A DNA stretch of 64,000 nt from Mayamaea pseudoterrestris (taxonomy: Eukaryota): positions 806,001 to 870,000 of the forward strand of contig BROI01000006.1 of NCBI GenBank assembly GCA_027923505.1, given 5' to 3'. Every line of letters begins with the position of its first letter. Position 1 is the first letter of the stretch. The notes under the pieces were generated by a model. It ran no database searches. It saw only the letters and a program-made list of their open reading frames with translations, and was not told where the DNA came from. Positions 39,973 to 51,206 of this stretch are shown piece by piece. The position numbers and the translations under genes were made by a program.

Positions 39973-42805
39973 TCAATCCGTGTGCTCATCAACAATATTC
40001 ACGTTGCCGGGGTGCTGCCCATCGAGCGAATTCTTTCTGCCAACCATGGACGGGTCAACGAACGAAAGCACCGACGGCATACGAGTCGGTCCGCCTGAAG
40101 CGTATGTGCTCAGGTTGTTTACCACTCCAAACTGATGGCTTGTATACTGCTGTTCCGGCTTAGGCTGCGGTGCTGGAGGAACTGGCTGATGAGATCGCTG
40201 CTGCACCGGAGCAATAGCCTGTGCGCCTTGGTGTAGAAACTGCCAGTCTCGGACAATAAGGAACGCGACGTCCTTCTCGGATCGCCTCGAATCGTGGACA
40301 TATCCTCGGTAACTCTTGCGGATAATCTCAATCGCTTCATTCTCAGCAGCGGCCCGCTTCTCCCGTGAGCGAAGAAGCAACAGTCGAAGATACACAAAGT
40401 GTGGAATCAAGGTTTCCGGCCTCACAAATGGCACAGCCAGCTCCGATGACTGTCCAGGAGCCTCATTCAGCGGAATGTGGTCCCCGAGCAGCGTTGCAAT
40501 GCGGTATTCCTCCTCCTGCGGATCAATCTTTGCCGCAGCGGCCAATTTGCTCGCTATTGACGAATTGGCCGACCCCACTGACGCCGATCGATGGCGGATG
40601 GATCCTTGATGCGTCGGCATGTCCACGACTAGTTTCCATTTCGGCTCTGGATCGTAGCTGGCCAGCTCAGTCTGCACCATTTGCATCACATTCGAATCTT
40701 CAGCAACGTCAGTACCGCTGTACATGACCACCACCATGCGCGAAATTGCCGGCGTCGAAAGCGGAATACCAAAACCTGTATTGACGCGATAGACACGCGC
40801 TCCACCGGCGCGCTCAAAAATCTTGGGGTCAACATCACAAATGTTTCGCTCCCAGGACGGTTCGCCCGTCGTGTACACGCGGCCCGGTAGTCCACAACCA
40901 GGACGGAAGGAAAATTTGGTCGAGTATTCGCCATACTCGTTCAACTGCGCGAATCGCGCCGGATCAACGTCCGCCCTCGTCACGTAGCCAGCATGAAAGA
41001 GACGCATCTCTTGACCATTCTGCTCCTGCTCCGCATTATTGTGAAAGGAGGGCACCCAAACGTCAATATGCTCAAACGGCAAATTATGTTGCTCGACAAA
41101 CGACATGAGTGTATCCAAGAATGGTCCGCAGTTGCTGTTGCGAGCATGCGAGTCAATGTTCGTCGGACTTTCGGCTGACGCATCCGACGAAAACGGTTTC
41201 TTGTCGACCAACGTGTCAAAGAGCATGGACAAGTACTCCATGTTGGTGTTGTTATTCTGTCCACTGGCGCTGTTTCCACTACTGCCACCCATCATCATCA
41301 TGGCTTGGTTCATATTGTCGCCAAAGTCAAGAATTTGCGAAATGTACTCACTATCATGGTCACCCTGCGAGCTGCTTGTCGTTGCCACTGACTGGCCCGA
41401 CGATGCATTCGTGTTGACTTCCACCGACGTTGGGATCATGTGGTGAATCTGCTCGGTGACAGCTTGGCGCTTGCTCGGCGGCTGACAATGTCCCGAAATA
41501 AAGACGCCATGATTCGCCGACTTAAGGTCCGTCTTGAGCGCCATGCCCATGCGTCGGCGGCGGGCGTTGCGAATGACTGCTTCGGCCTGCGACGCTCTCG
41601 CCTCCACCATTTCCAGACTCGTGATCCAGTCGTTGGCGTTCAACATTTCGCTTCCAACCTGAAGACAAAGGTTGGAAAGAAAGGATCGCCAAGCCTTGCT
41701 CAATATGCAGCGCAGCTCGAGTCTCGTGGCTTCTAAAGGGATTGATTCAAGAAACTGCTGCTCCAGTGTGGAAAGCATGACGCGATTCAAGCCATGTTGC
41801 TGCTGCTGCCCCGTACTGGATGCAGCTACCGCTGCTGCATTAACCTCACTTTCTGCCATTGGCTGTACGTTATAACTCCGCGCACTGAGTTTGGCATGCT
41901 TCAGTTTCTTGGTCAAGCGACTGGCCTTGCAAAGCAGCAAGTCACGAAGCATATCATTGAGGCGCATTCCCTGCGGCATGACCAACTGTCCGCGGTCAAA
42001 GCTTTCCACCAAATAGTCCACATAGGCCGTTTCCTCCTCGGTCCAACGACCAGTGCGTAGGTAGTCACTGTCCATGCCGGAACTGTTGGATAATGATGCT
42101 GACGACGATGCATTCGTTCCGTGTCCAAGAAGCAGCAGGTAGGGTGACTCGGCCTGCACCTCCAGCAAGTCGTGGAGCATGCTACTGCTGCTGCTGGCGT
42201 CCGGTGCAGCCGCGCGCTTGCCATTGTCATTGCCGGATGACGACATGGACTGCTTCGTGGAATGATGATTTGCCGCTGCATTGGAGGCTGCCTGCTGTCG
42301 CTTGAGCTGCGAGGCATGATCTAAATCGTGGAGCTGCATGGGAAGAATGTAAATGCTTGAAACTGGAGCAGCGTGACAGACTGGACATTGCTGCGTCTTT
42401 GGCTTGGCTGCCTCAATGCCGTTGCTGCCTTGAGGTCGAACGATGATCAAGTTGAGTGGAACGCATCTCTGTCAAGTCGGGTAGAAAAAGATACAAGATC
42501 TATATTAGTCAGGATAAATGAAGCCGAGAATCACTTCAATGATCGTAGCTGCAGCTACGATAAGAATCATCAATTTACTGGCTAGTTACTCCGCTCACTT
42601 TCTCTCATTCCAATCACAAGCATAAAGATACAAGCAGGAGCTCGCAATTACACTTCCTCCAGCAGCATGAGCTTGGTTCCCTCCATCGCGGCGGAACTTG
42701 TCGCGTTCGACTCACCGCATGCAGCGTGCATCCGCACGGATCCAATCGAACGTCACTGCCAGCAAATCCACAAAGGCGACAGCACGGAGGCTCGCCAATT
42801 TCCAT
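39973..42805 (-). CDS. Putative regulator: RING-like zinc finger, Myb-like helical domain and NIN/NLP-type GAF domain (exons 42805-42716, 42468-39973; 861 aa)
   Basis: Spliced CRLC..PCGCTLHARC..CPVC; RTGRWTEEETAYVDYLVESFDRG..CKASRLTKKLK; GAF-like DVWVP..STKFSFRPGCGLPGRVYTTGEPSW..FERAGGA. Confidence 0.7.
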
Positions 42806-43133
42806 GGCTACTGCTCCTGAAGAAGTGTTTCCTTTCAAGCAGAAGGATGACTACTTTTGTGCGCGCGCAAGCTGCTGCAGGTCGTCGTCTCCGATGCGAA
42901 AGACGGAAGAGGAAGGATGGCGTGAACGGCTGCGTCGATCCACGTACGTTTCCACGTGTGCCCGTACTGGAAGACACGCTGAAAGGGCCTTTGTCATCGT
43001 GAAATGACGCAGTCATTCGTCGGAGTATTCGGAAAACCCCATCCCTGGCGTGAAAGATACTCGGGTGTGTTGTCGCAAGCATAGGATAGTAAATGATGTA
43101 GCATCAACTGTATACAGTATGTCTAGCATATGG

Positions 43134-44507
43134 TCATTTAGAAATAGGTTCAAGGATCTCGTCCTTTAGCTTGGCAGCTCCTTCCCCAATAGCTTCAACC
43201 CCGCTCGATACTTCCTCCTTCAACTTGCTAGCTCCCTCACCAATCGCATCAACTCCATTTGATAGCTCCTTCTCAAATTCTTTCGTCTTTTGATCCAGCA
43301 ACTCAAAGGCCTTGCCAGTCGCTTCCGCTCCATTCTCAAAGTAAATCTTTTGCGCCTTGATCGAGTTGGCAGCGTTTCCTCGCACGCGCACCGTTTGCGC
43401 CTGCAGCTGCTTCTCCGTCGTGGTCAAGATTTTGCCGGCAAACTTTTCACGCAACACTAACCGCTCACTCTCCTTTTGCTCCGTCGGACAAGAATTGTCA
43501 GTCACTACAAAGTCCTTGTCAAAGTCGTAGTTGATCTTTTTGGCTGCTTCACGCAAGCGCGGCAACAGTTGCGTTGGTAGCTTGGCGTCGCGCGTGTACA
43601 CCACCACGCCGCCGTAGCCATCCCAGGCGTCGTTGGAGCCGCGGTAGTAAATAAAGGCAAATGGTGGGTCTTTGTTGGGGCCGCCATTATTGTCGGGTTC
43701 GTAGTCAATCACCCACCAGTCGTCCTTGTAGTGCAAGTACTCATTGTCGTGATTGATCAAGTGGCCGGGCTGTTCTGGATCTTGTTTGAAGGCTTGGAGT
43801 GCGTCACGGGTAAAAAATTCACCGTCAGGCTCCTCAATGCGCCAGTTCAGCTTGCCGACGAACTGGTTTGGACCAGTCTTGCTGAAAAAGTGTACTTGAC
43901 ACGGAAAAATGTCAAACAACTCGTTTTGTCCTGCCGAAATGTACCACCGTCCTTCGAAAAAGTTTGTATCAAACTTTGGGACCACAATGGAAGGAGGCGG
44001 CACTGGATATGATCCATCGTCGGGTTTCTGTGGCACGCATGACATGTCGGAGACGGCGCACTTGTTGAACTCGCCGACAATGGCGTTTTCAAACAAGTCG
44101 CCGCACTTGATTTGGCATTCAATCTCGTCGGGTCGGTTGTTGCAAGTGTTAATGCAGGCAACATTGGCCAAGCACTTTGGGTTGAGAATGCACTTGCCGA
44201 GAGGAATGGGGCACTTTTTGACGAGGCAGCCAACAATTTGGCTCGGCTCCGTGGCGGCGTACGCAGGTTCTGGAGCAAAAAGAGTGGTTGGAACGAGGGC
44301 GTTAAAGGCCAGCGTCAGTCCGAGAATGGCTGATTGAATGGCTCTGGCTGGCGATGCTGATGATGCCGATACTTCGCGGTTATTTCTCATTGTGGCAGGT
44401 AGAGTTTGAAAACCTCCTCGTCGTTCCGATGATGGTTTCATCGGCGGCGCAAACGCATCGCTTGGGTGTAGAATCAAGGCTACAATGAAAAGGATGGAAC
44501 GCACCAT
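43134..44507 (-). CDS. VDE: Violaxanthin (diadinoxanthin) de-epoxidase
   Basis: Signal plus SDA-FAP presequence and a second hydrophobic lumen-targeting segment; Cys-rich CLANVACINTCNNRPDEIECQIKCGDLF; lipocalin GRWYISAGQNELFDIFPCQVH; YYRGSNDAWDGYGG; Glu-rich tail. Confidence 0.96.
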   Translation of the reverse strand: MVRSILFIVALILHPSDAFAPPMKPSSERRGGFQTLPATMRNNREVSASSASPARAIQSAILGLTLAFNALVPTTLFAPEPAYAATEPSQIVGCLVKKCPIPLGKCILNPKCLANVACINTCNNRPDEIECQIKCGDLFENAIVGEFNKCAVSDMSCVPQKPDDGSYPVPPPSIVVPKFDTNFFEGRWYISAGQNELFDIFPCQVHFFSKTGPNQFVGKLNWRIEEPDGEFFTRDALQAFKQDPEQPGHLINHDNEYLHYKDDWWVIDYEPDNNGGPNKDPPFAFIYYRGSNDAWDGYGGVVVYTRDAKLPTQLLPRLREAAKKINYDFDKDFVVTDNSCPTEQKESERLVLREKFAGKILTTTEKQLQAQTVRVRGNAANSIKAQKIYFENGAEATGKAFELLDQKTKEFEKELSNGVDAIGEGASKLKEEVSSGVEAIGEGAAKLKDEILEPISK

Positions 44508-45059
44508 GGCTATGATAGCTTTCCTCGACTTTAAATATATGCTTTATCTAAAGCTTGCCAGTAAATAGCCTGGAGGATGATTGCGCGAGTTGCTTTGGTA
44601 GTTGAGTCCCTTTTCTAAAGATCTTCGTAGATCTTAAAATGTGATGGGGTGTGGAGCTTCACCGCTGCTTCACTTCTTCCAACTCTTGTTGTCGTTTGTC
44701 AAACTACTTTTACCTTGTCACATGCAGTCGCTGATGCAAATGAGACCAGCAATTGAGCAAAACTCTGTTTCGATTGTGATGGATGAAGCGCGACTACAGA
44801 AAATCAGCCGATGATTCCATGGTTGATCGGCAGGCGGTCGCTGACGCATCGTGAGAATGATATGATGTCGTACCGGTTCACATATCTTTGATGACGTGTG
44901 CTTGATGACTGACTCAAATCTCGCGTGGCTCGAGTCCACGTCACGCACGCATATTCACCCCCGCCCCGTCACTCTCCGATTCTTCACGTCTTCGTTGTCG
45001 GACATGTTGCTGATGGCATTCGTCTCGTCCCTCACGGCTCAATCTGGACATTAAAAACA
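44508..45059. promoter_or_regulatory. Divergent VDE/ZEP promoter region with TGACGT motifs
   Basis: 552 bp between head-to-head ATGs; TGACGT at 44892-44897 and ACGTCA at 44938-44943. Confidence 0.55.
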
Positions 45060-46786
45060 ATGAAGCTGGCCCTTTGCTCGATCCTAGTCTCGCAGACGGC
45101 AGCCTTTGTGGTTCCTGCCGCGAGTAAAAGGTCAGTGACGAATGTGACTGGAAACGAATGAACGATTGCATTCTTTTTCGAAACTCCAATTGCTCACTAC
45201 TAGATTCTTTTTCTCGACGCAGTGCACTTCAGACTCGACTCCATGTTGCAGCAAGTCCATTCTTTGTCGAATCCAGCAATAACAAACTTGGTCTGGATTC
45301 ACTAAGCTCATCGGACGATGTCACACCAAATGAACCACTCCAAGTCTTGATTGCCGGCGCCGGAGTTGGAGGTTTGTCCTTGGCCAAGGCACTCACCAAG
45401 ATGCCTCATGTGCGCGTCACCATTCTCGAGCAAACGAGTGCCTTTAAGCGATTCGGAGGTCCCATTCAACTCGCTAGTAACGCCATGTCGCTCATCAAAT
45501 CCATGGATGAGGATGTCTATGCAAAGGTTTCGGAAAAGTTTACAGTGACGGGCGACAAGGAGAATGGCATCAAGGATGGAATAAGAACGGAGTGGTACGC
45601 CAAGTTTGATTTGGCGAGTCCAGCATCAGCGAGAAACATGCCCTTTACAGGAGTCATTGACCGGCCAGACTTGCAGGAAATTTACTTGCAGAGTCTACCG
45701 GAAGGAACCGTCATGAACGGAGACGGAGTTGAGAAATACGAGCACTTGCCGACTGGACAAGTCAAGGCAGTTTTGAGCAGTGGAAAGGAGGTCTTTGGGG
45801 ACGTACTGATTGGAGCCGACGGCATTTGGAGTGCCGTTCGAGCAACCATGAGGGAGCAACCACGGAAAGGACCTGGCAGCGGAGCAACATACTCTGGCTA
45901 CACTGTCTTTGCTGGCGAACTCAAGTATGCTTCTCCTGACAATGGTCAAGTAGGATACAAGGTGTACATTGGCCCTGGTCAGTACTTTGTTATTACTGAT
46001 ATTGGCAATGGCATGTATCAGTGGTACGCATTCCTGGCACGACCACCCGACTCGGCCGCATCGGAGGACAAGCCAGAAGGAACGAGCCAATACTTGCAAA
46101 ACATTTTTGACGGATGGTCACATGAGATTCATCACATTTTAAAAGCAACCATGGAGAATGAGATTGAGCAGCGCGACTTGTACGATCGACCGCCATCGGT
46201 GCGCCAACCGTGGACGGAAGGTCGCGTCGCAATGCTTGGTGACGCTGTTCACGCCATGATGCCAAACCTTGGACAGGGAGGTTGCCAGGCAATTGAAGAT
46301 GCCTTTGTCATTGCGCAAGAGCTAGGATCAGTCACAAAGCGATCCGAAGTTGCTACGAAGCTAAAAAAGTATCAGAACCGACGCTTGGTTCGATCAGCTG
46401 CTGTACAGGGACTGTCTCGCTTTGCTTCGGATATTATCATTCGTGGATTTGATACACCAGCAAAGATCGTCAAGGCCGAAGACGGCTCGCTGCGATTCGA
46501 GAATTTTAACTATGCTGGTATCGTGACCAAGCTTTTGCAACCGATTCTTCCCATCTTTTTCAAGGTCCAATTTAACTTTTTGTACGACGGTTGGGAGAAT
46601 GAGACTGCTTTCGATTTGAAGGCAGGACTTGGCTTTTTGACCATTGGTGGCTTCATTGCACTCTTGCTAGGAGGAAGTCTGGGAGAAGCAGGATTGATTG
46701 CCGGATTTGGAGCCGACGCCTTGTTTGGAGCCGAAGGACTCGTTGACATTGACGGCGCAATCACTGGCATTCAAGATTTTCTCTAG
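45060..46786 (+). CDS. ZEP: Zeaxanthin (diatoxanthin) epoxidase, probably ZEP3-type (exons 45060-45130, 45223-46786)
   Basis: TAA-FVVP presequence; IAGAGVGG FAD motif, GGPIQLASNA, GADGIWSAVR, LGDAVHAMMPNLGQGGCQAIEDA; C-terminal hydrophobic helix; adjacent to VDE. Confidence 0.93.
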
Positions 46787-46980
46787 TTGTTTACTGTAAT
46801 GAACTAAAGTTTACATTCTGTATATGCTATTCTACATCATTTATTTGCTTCATATAAGCGCCTTATGAAAAATAACAACTGGCATCGAAAATCTACGCTT
46901 TGTCTGAATCAAACGCTCTATCACAGTACGTTATAGACGTAGTTGCAGGAAAGTTACAACATCACACATCGGGCGCAAGC

Positions 46981-49158
46981 TCAAGTGTTATTCACACTAG
47001 CAACAGTCGGAGGCTGCGAGTGGCTGCGCAAAGTACATCTGGCGCGCGTCCTAGATGCCCCTGAACTGCTAGACAAACGAAGCGTACCCCGTCGACCATG
47101 TCTGGGCGAGGGCGCTCGCTCCTTGACGGAGGATGGCTGCTCGGTTCCATCATTGTCTGCCCCTAGCGAAATTTCGCGACTCTCGGAACTAGTTGCCGTA
47201 GTGGATGACACTCCTGGCACCTGCTTAGAGTCAAAAGAGTCGAGCGATTGGGCTTGGCTTCGCGCCTTTGACGATTCATTTTCGTTCGCCGAGCGCTTAA
47301 CGTCCCGCGGTGATGCTTTGGCGACCTTTCTACCGCGACGGGAACGAGGCGGTCCACTAGGAGGTGCCATGTCTGCCGTGATAACTTCGCTAGCTTCTTG
47401 CGTCGCTCGTATCGGGGCATCTTTTAAATTTTGTACTGTTGGCGGAGCGGACTGCAAATGTTCCACGTCATTTGACGACACGATAGACTGCTTGCGGACA
47501 CGACGATTGCTGCCGTGTATACTTGCAGTACTGGCTCGAATGACACTTGGATTCGAGAAACGGCGAGATGCGTGTGTCTGTCTCTTCGTCGGAACACGCT
47601 GTGTGTTGTAGGAAGGAATCTTTGATGTCCGAGTCGAGCGATAACCCACTGACCGACTAGATTTCGACGGACGATCCTTTCTCTCCTTCAAAAGATAATC
47701 CTTGATACGTTGCTGCGACTCTTGACTCAGATGAGATCCTGTTCGCTGCGGCGCAATGCGGATAGGCTCTTGATTGTGGCTGGTGACAACCGACGAAGAT
47801 TGCTCCCAGTCGATTGAGACAAAACTAAAGCTCAAGTTGAAGTCATCGCTCCGTTCTGTATGGAGCACATCAGTTAGGTCGCACGAAAGACTGTCGTGAG
47901 AGACTGACTTTTGCAGGTCAAATGGATCCGTGGCGTCAAAAGCGGAACAGACAGTACGATCTTCCAAAGCTGGACCTGCGAAAGGCGCTCGTGCATCGGA
48001 AGACTTTGACGATTTCCAGTCGTCATCCAACTCGTTTGCAAAGGAAATGTCAGGAAAGTCGAAGTCGGAAGAGTAAGAATGAAGTGTAAAGGAGTCTTCG
48101 GTACCTTTGTCGCCAATTGAGGCAATGTGGCGGTCAAAGGGGTCGTCACCGTGCGCGAAATCCGCCTTACCCCTCTGCAACACCCTTCCCTTTGTTGAGA
48201 TAGGACGATGCTCGCGAAATATAGGTTCTCGAGCTATACTTGCTGAAGTGGCCGCCGTGCCTCCAGGTGCGCGCCAATTGACGGCTGAAAAGTCAAAGCT
48301 GGCGCTGGTAGCATTGTCTTTCGGAGTCAAAGTGTAGTCGACTTTTGAATTGAATAAAGAGCCAAGATCATTGCGCTCTTGCAACTGTGACTTTTCCGCG
48401 GCAGAAGAGGCCTTTTGTTGGCTCGTAGACGCTTCGTCGTCGCTTGATAAATCATCAAGTACAGGTGCCGCCACCAACATATGCGCCAATCCGTCTACAA
48501 TTCGTACGCTGACCACATTGTCGACGCCTTGAAACTGCGGATCGCTCGGTGACGCTGAAGAAAGTAAACTGCCGCTGCATTCTAAATCTTGACCGCTGCC
48601 ACTACTAGTTTGCATTGAAATCGAGTTTTGTACCGTGCTTTCGTTCGAAGTGGAGTCATCAATCGGCAAGGTTGTATCGAAACTAGTCTTCTTTCCTACA
48701 CCATCATCCTGTAGCATGGATTCGCAAGCATTTGCCGGTAAACTACTTTGCTCTTCACTCTCGGCTTCCGTTTGCAGAGCATGTTCTGCGGTTGATTGAG
48801 AGTTTATCCCGGCTGCTGGTCGTGATTTTTTGCGGCGACGATTCTTCTTCTTGTCCAGACGAAAGAATCGTTGCTTGGAATGAGAACTTGCTGGTGACAT
48901 TGGAGACCCTTGTTGCGTATGAATCATTGTGTATAAAGGCAGGTTGAAAGTGTCATCATCGCTGCTGACTTCCGTCACGTGCTTGCGCAACTCGGCGCTC
49001 TTGTCAACGTCGTACGACGTGTCAGCGAGCAAGAGTATGCTTTGACCATGAGTCTCGGGCTTCTTGTGGGACTTGCGTGGAGAGAACATGGTGGTGCTAG
49101 AGTACTTGTGAGGAAATGATCGTTTCGATCGAGCCTCCTGCAGACTTGTGTGGGTCAT
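46981..49158 (-). CDS. Ser/Asp/Arg-rich, probably disordered hypothetical protein
   Basis: 725-aa ORF with no recognisable fold; contains DPF and FDF-type motifs. Confidence 0.6.
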   Translation of the reverse strand: MTHTSLQEARSKRSFPHKYSSTTMFSPRKSHKKPETHGQSILLLADTSYDVDKSAELRKHVTEVSSDDDTFNLPLYTMIHTQQGSPMSPASSHSKQRFFRLDKKKNRRRKKSRPAAGINSQSTAEHALQTEAESEEQSSLPANACESMLQDDGVGKKTSFDTTLPIDDSTSNESTVQNSISMQTSSGSGQDLECSGSLLSSASPSDPQFQGVDNVVSVRIVDGLAHMLVAAPVLDDLSSDDEASTSQQKASSAAEKSQLQERNDLGSLFNSKVDYTLTPKDNATSASFDFSAVNWRAPGGTAATSASIAREPIFREHRPISTKGRVLQRGKADFAHGDDPFDRHIASIGDKGTEDSFTLHSYSSDFDFPDISFANELDDDWKSSKSSDARAPFAGPALEDRTVCSAFDATDPFDLQKSVSHDSLSCDLTDVLHTERSDDFNLSFSFVSIDWEQSSSVVTSHNQEPIRIAPQRTGSHLSQESQQRIKDYLLKERKDRPSKSSRSVGYRSTRTSKIPSYNTQRVPTKRQTHASRRFSNPSVIRASTASIHGSNRRVRKQSIVSSNDVEHLQSAPPTVQNLKDAPIRATQEASEVITADMAPPSGPPRSRRGRKVAKASPRDVKRSANENESSKARSQAQSLDSFDSKQVPGVSSTTATSSESREISLGADNDGTEQPSSVKERAPSPRHGRRGTLRLSSSSGASRTRARCTLRSHSQPPTVASVNNT

Positions 49159-49378
49159 GGTCGATCATGTCGATTCTCGTCGCGAAGGCGAAGAACAGGG
49201 GCAATAGTAAAGCCAGCTTCGTTTCATGCTGCACCTTTACATCATGCTATGCACTCGAAATCGAGGTAAGGGTTAGCCAATCGGCGGTAGAAACATAGCC
49301 AAGCTTTCGCCAGCAAATGCAGATAGAGTGAGCAGTGTGATGCAGCTAATGTCATCGCCACGGAATCACTCGCACACT

Positions 49379-50923
49379 CTACTCCGGAAGGCTGACTCCC
49401 GTCGCTTCAACTGCACGAGCGTCCTGCAGAGTTTCAACATCTGAACGTTCTTCCGCTCGCAGCTCCAATGTACTGCCACATTGCCAGCAGTATTGCGCGG
49501 TTGACCAATGCATGGTGCTGCCGCAGCTGTCACAAGACGCTGCCATCTCCAGAGTCAGGCGGCCTGATACATTTGCAACGGTCGAGGTATTTGAAGTTGC
49601 CACTGACGAGGCTTTAAAACCACGCCTCCGTCTTGATATAGCCGATAAAGATGGCTTGCCATTATTTGTTTCTCCATTGGCAATTCTATCATCGTTTGCT
49701 TCCCGCAGTTCCTTCTCCTGCTGTCGCTCCAAAAGCGCATCAATCAACGCGGCTCCCTGCGCCGGAATGACCGTCACGCCTGCCATAATGCTCATGCTGA
49801 CAACGAGCTTGCCTTGCCAAGTGACGGGTGTAATGTCGCCAAAGCCAACTGTCGTGAGTGTTGTCAGTCCAAAGTCTATAAGAAATAAGAGAAACGAGTG
49901 AGAAACGGTCAATGCATCCGCCTGCAATTGACTAAGTTGCATCCAATTTGAAAAAGCATCCACCGTTGTTACATTTCACTCACATAGAGCTGTAAAGTAA
50001 TCGGATATTTGTGGATTCACGGCATGTTCCACCGTGTAAATCAAGCCCGTCGCCACCGACACGAGCGTAAAGACGCTCAACACGACGCGGGCCAGCTGCA
50101 GCTGGTAGGCCTTGACGTTTCCCGTCGGAATACCAAGGGCACGCTCAAAGCGCGTAAACGTTTTCATGTTCTGCAGGACCCGCTGCAGTCGCAGCACGCG
50201 CAGCAACCTAAGGTTGATGAGACTGCTGCTCGACGTCAGCCACGCTGGTAGCCACTCCGTGCCAGTGGTTGTCACAAGAAACGGAATGAGCACGACGAAA
50301 ATATCCACCAGTATCAGTGGCTGCGTCAAGTGCCGACCTCGCGGTGCACTGGAGCAAAACCATCGGGCGAAAAACTCCAAGACGAAAACGCCCGCGACAA
50401 TGTCTTGCGCAATCGTCAGCACGGAAACAACAAGAGACGGCAGCGCATCCACCGTGCTAATGGCAACAAAGAGACTGCTCGCCAATACCAAGAAGCAGTC
50501 AATGACTTCCACAATTGGTTCATTCAAAAATGTTGCGACGGATCGCTTCACTTTGCGAATGCCAAATCGATCATGTTCGTCCTTGTCATTCTCTGGATCA
50601 GTTTGATTGCTGGGTTTGCTGCCGTTCAAGTCGACGACATTGGAGTCTAGTGAAATATTCAGCGGTGGATATGACTCCCAAATGACGCTCGGCATATTGT
50701 ACGCCTTGATTGGATGAAATATTGATCTTGCCATGGGATTTGCAATGAACGTGGAGCATGGTGACGGATGGCAGTACATCAGGAAAAGGGCGAGCGGCTG
50801 GTAGACAGCCAGCGGCGTGAAAGTTCTCCGACGCTTCCGTCTTCTTTGTTCACTACTGACGTTGATACTGCAATCGTCGTTCATGTTCTGGGCCGTCCGT
50901 ACTGCATGCTCCGTGCCTCGCAT
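49379..50923 (-). CDS. 6-TM voltage-gated K+ channel with C-terminal zinc ribbon (exons 50923-49984, 49875-49379)
   Basis: S4 LRLLRVLRLQRVL; pore ALYFGLTTLTTVGFGDITP restored by intron 49983-49876; tail CDSCG..YCWQCG. Start codon uncertain. Confidence 0.88.
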
Positions 50924-51206
50924 TAGAATGAGTCGACCATGGTCGAATTTGCAAGAATCGATGGTTTAAATTGTGATGACGTGGCCGGTGTCATATTTTG
51001 TTTAGCTACGACTATGCTTCCTTGTCCAACGTTTTTGCGAAGTATATACCGGTAGAAAACTAACAGTAGTAATGATGCTCTTAGGAAAATCACCCTTTTA
51101 TACTAGGTATAGCTGCTACTCAGTAGTAGAGTCTATGATCGCACCGAACGGTTCAATTTGGAGCGGGAAGCGGAATATGTTAGTCGACCAAAAGGATGTA
51201 TTGCGG

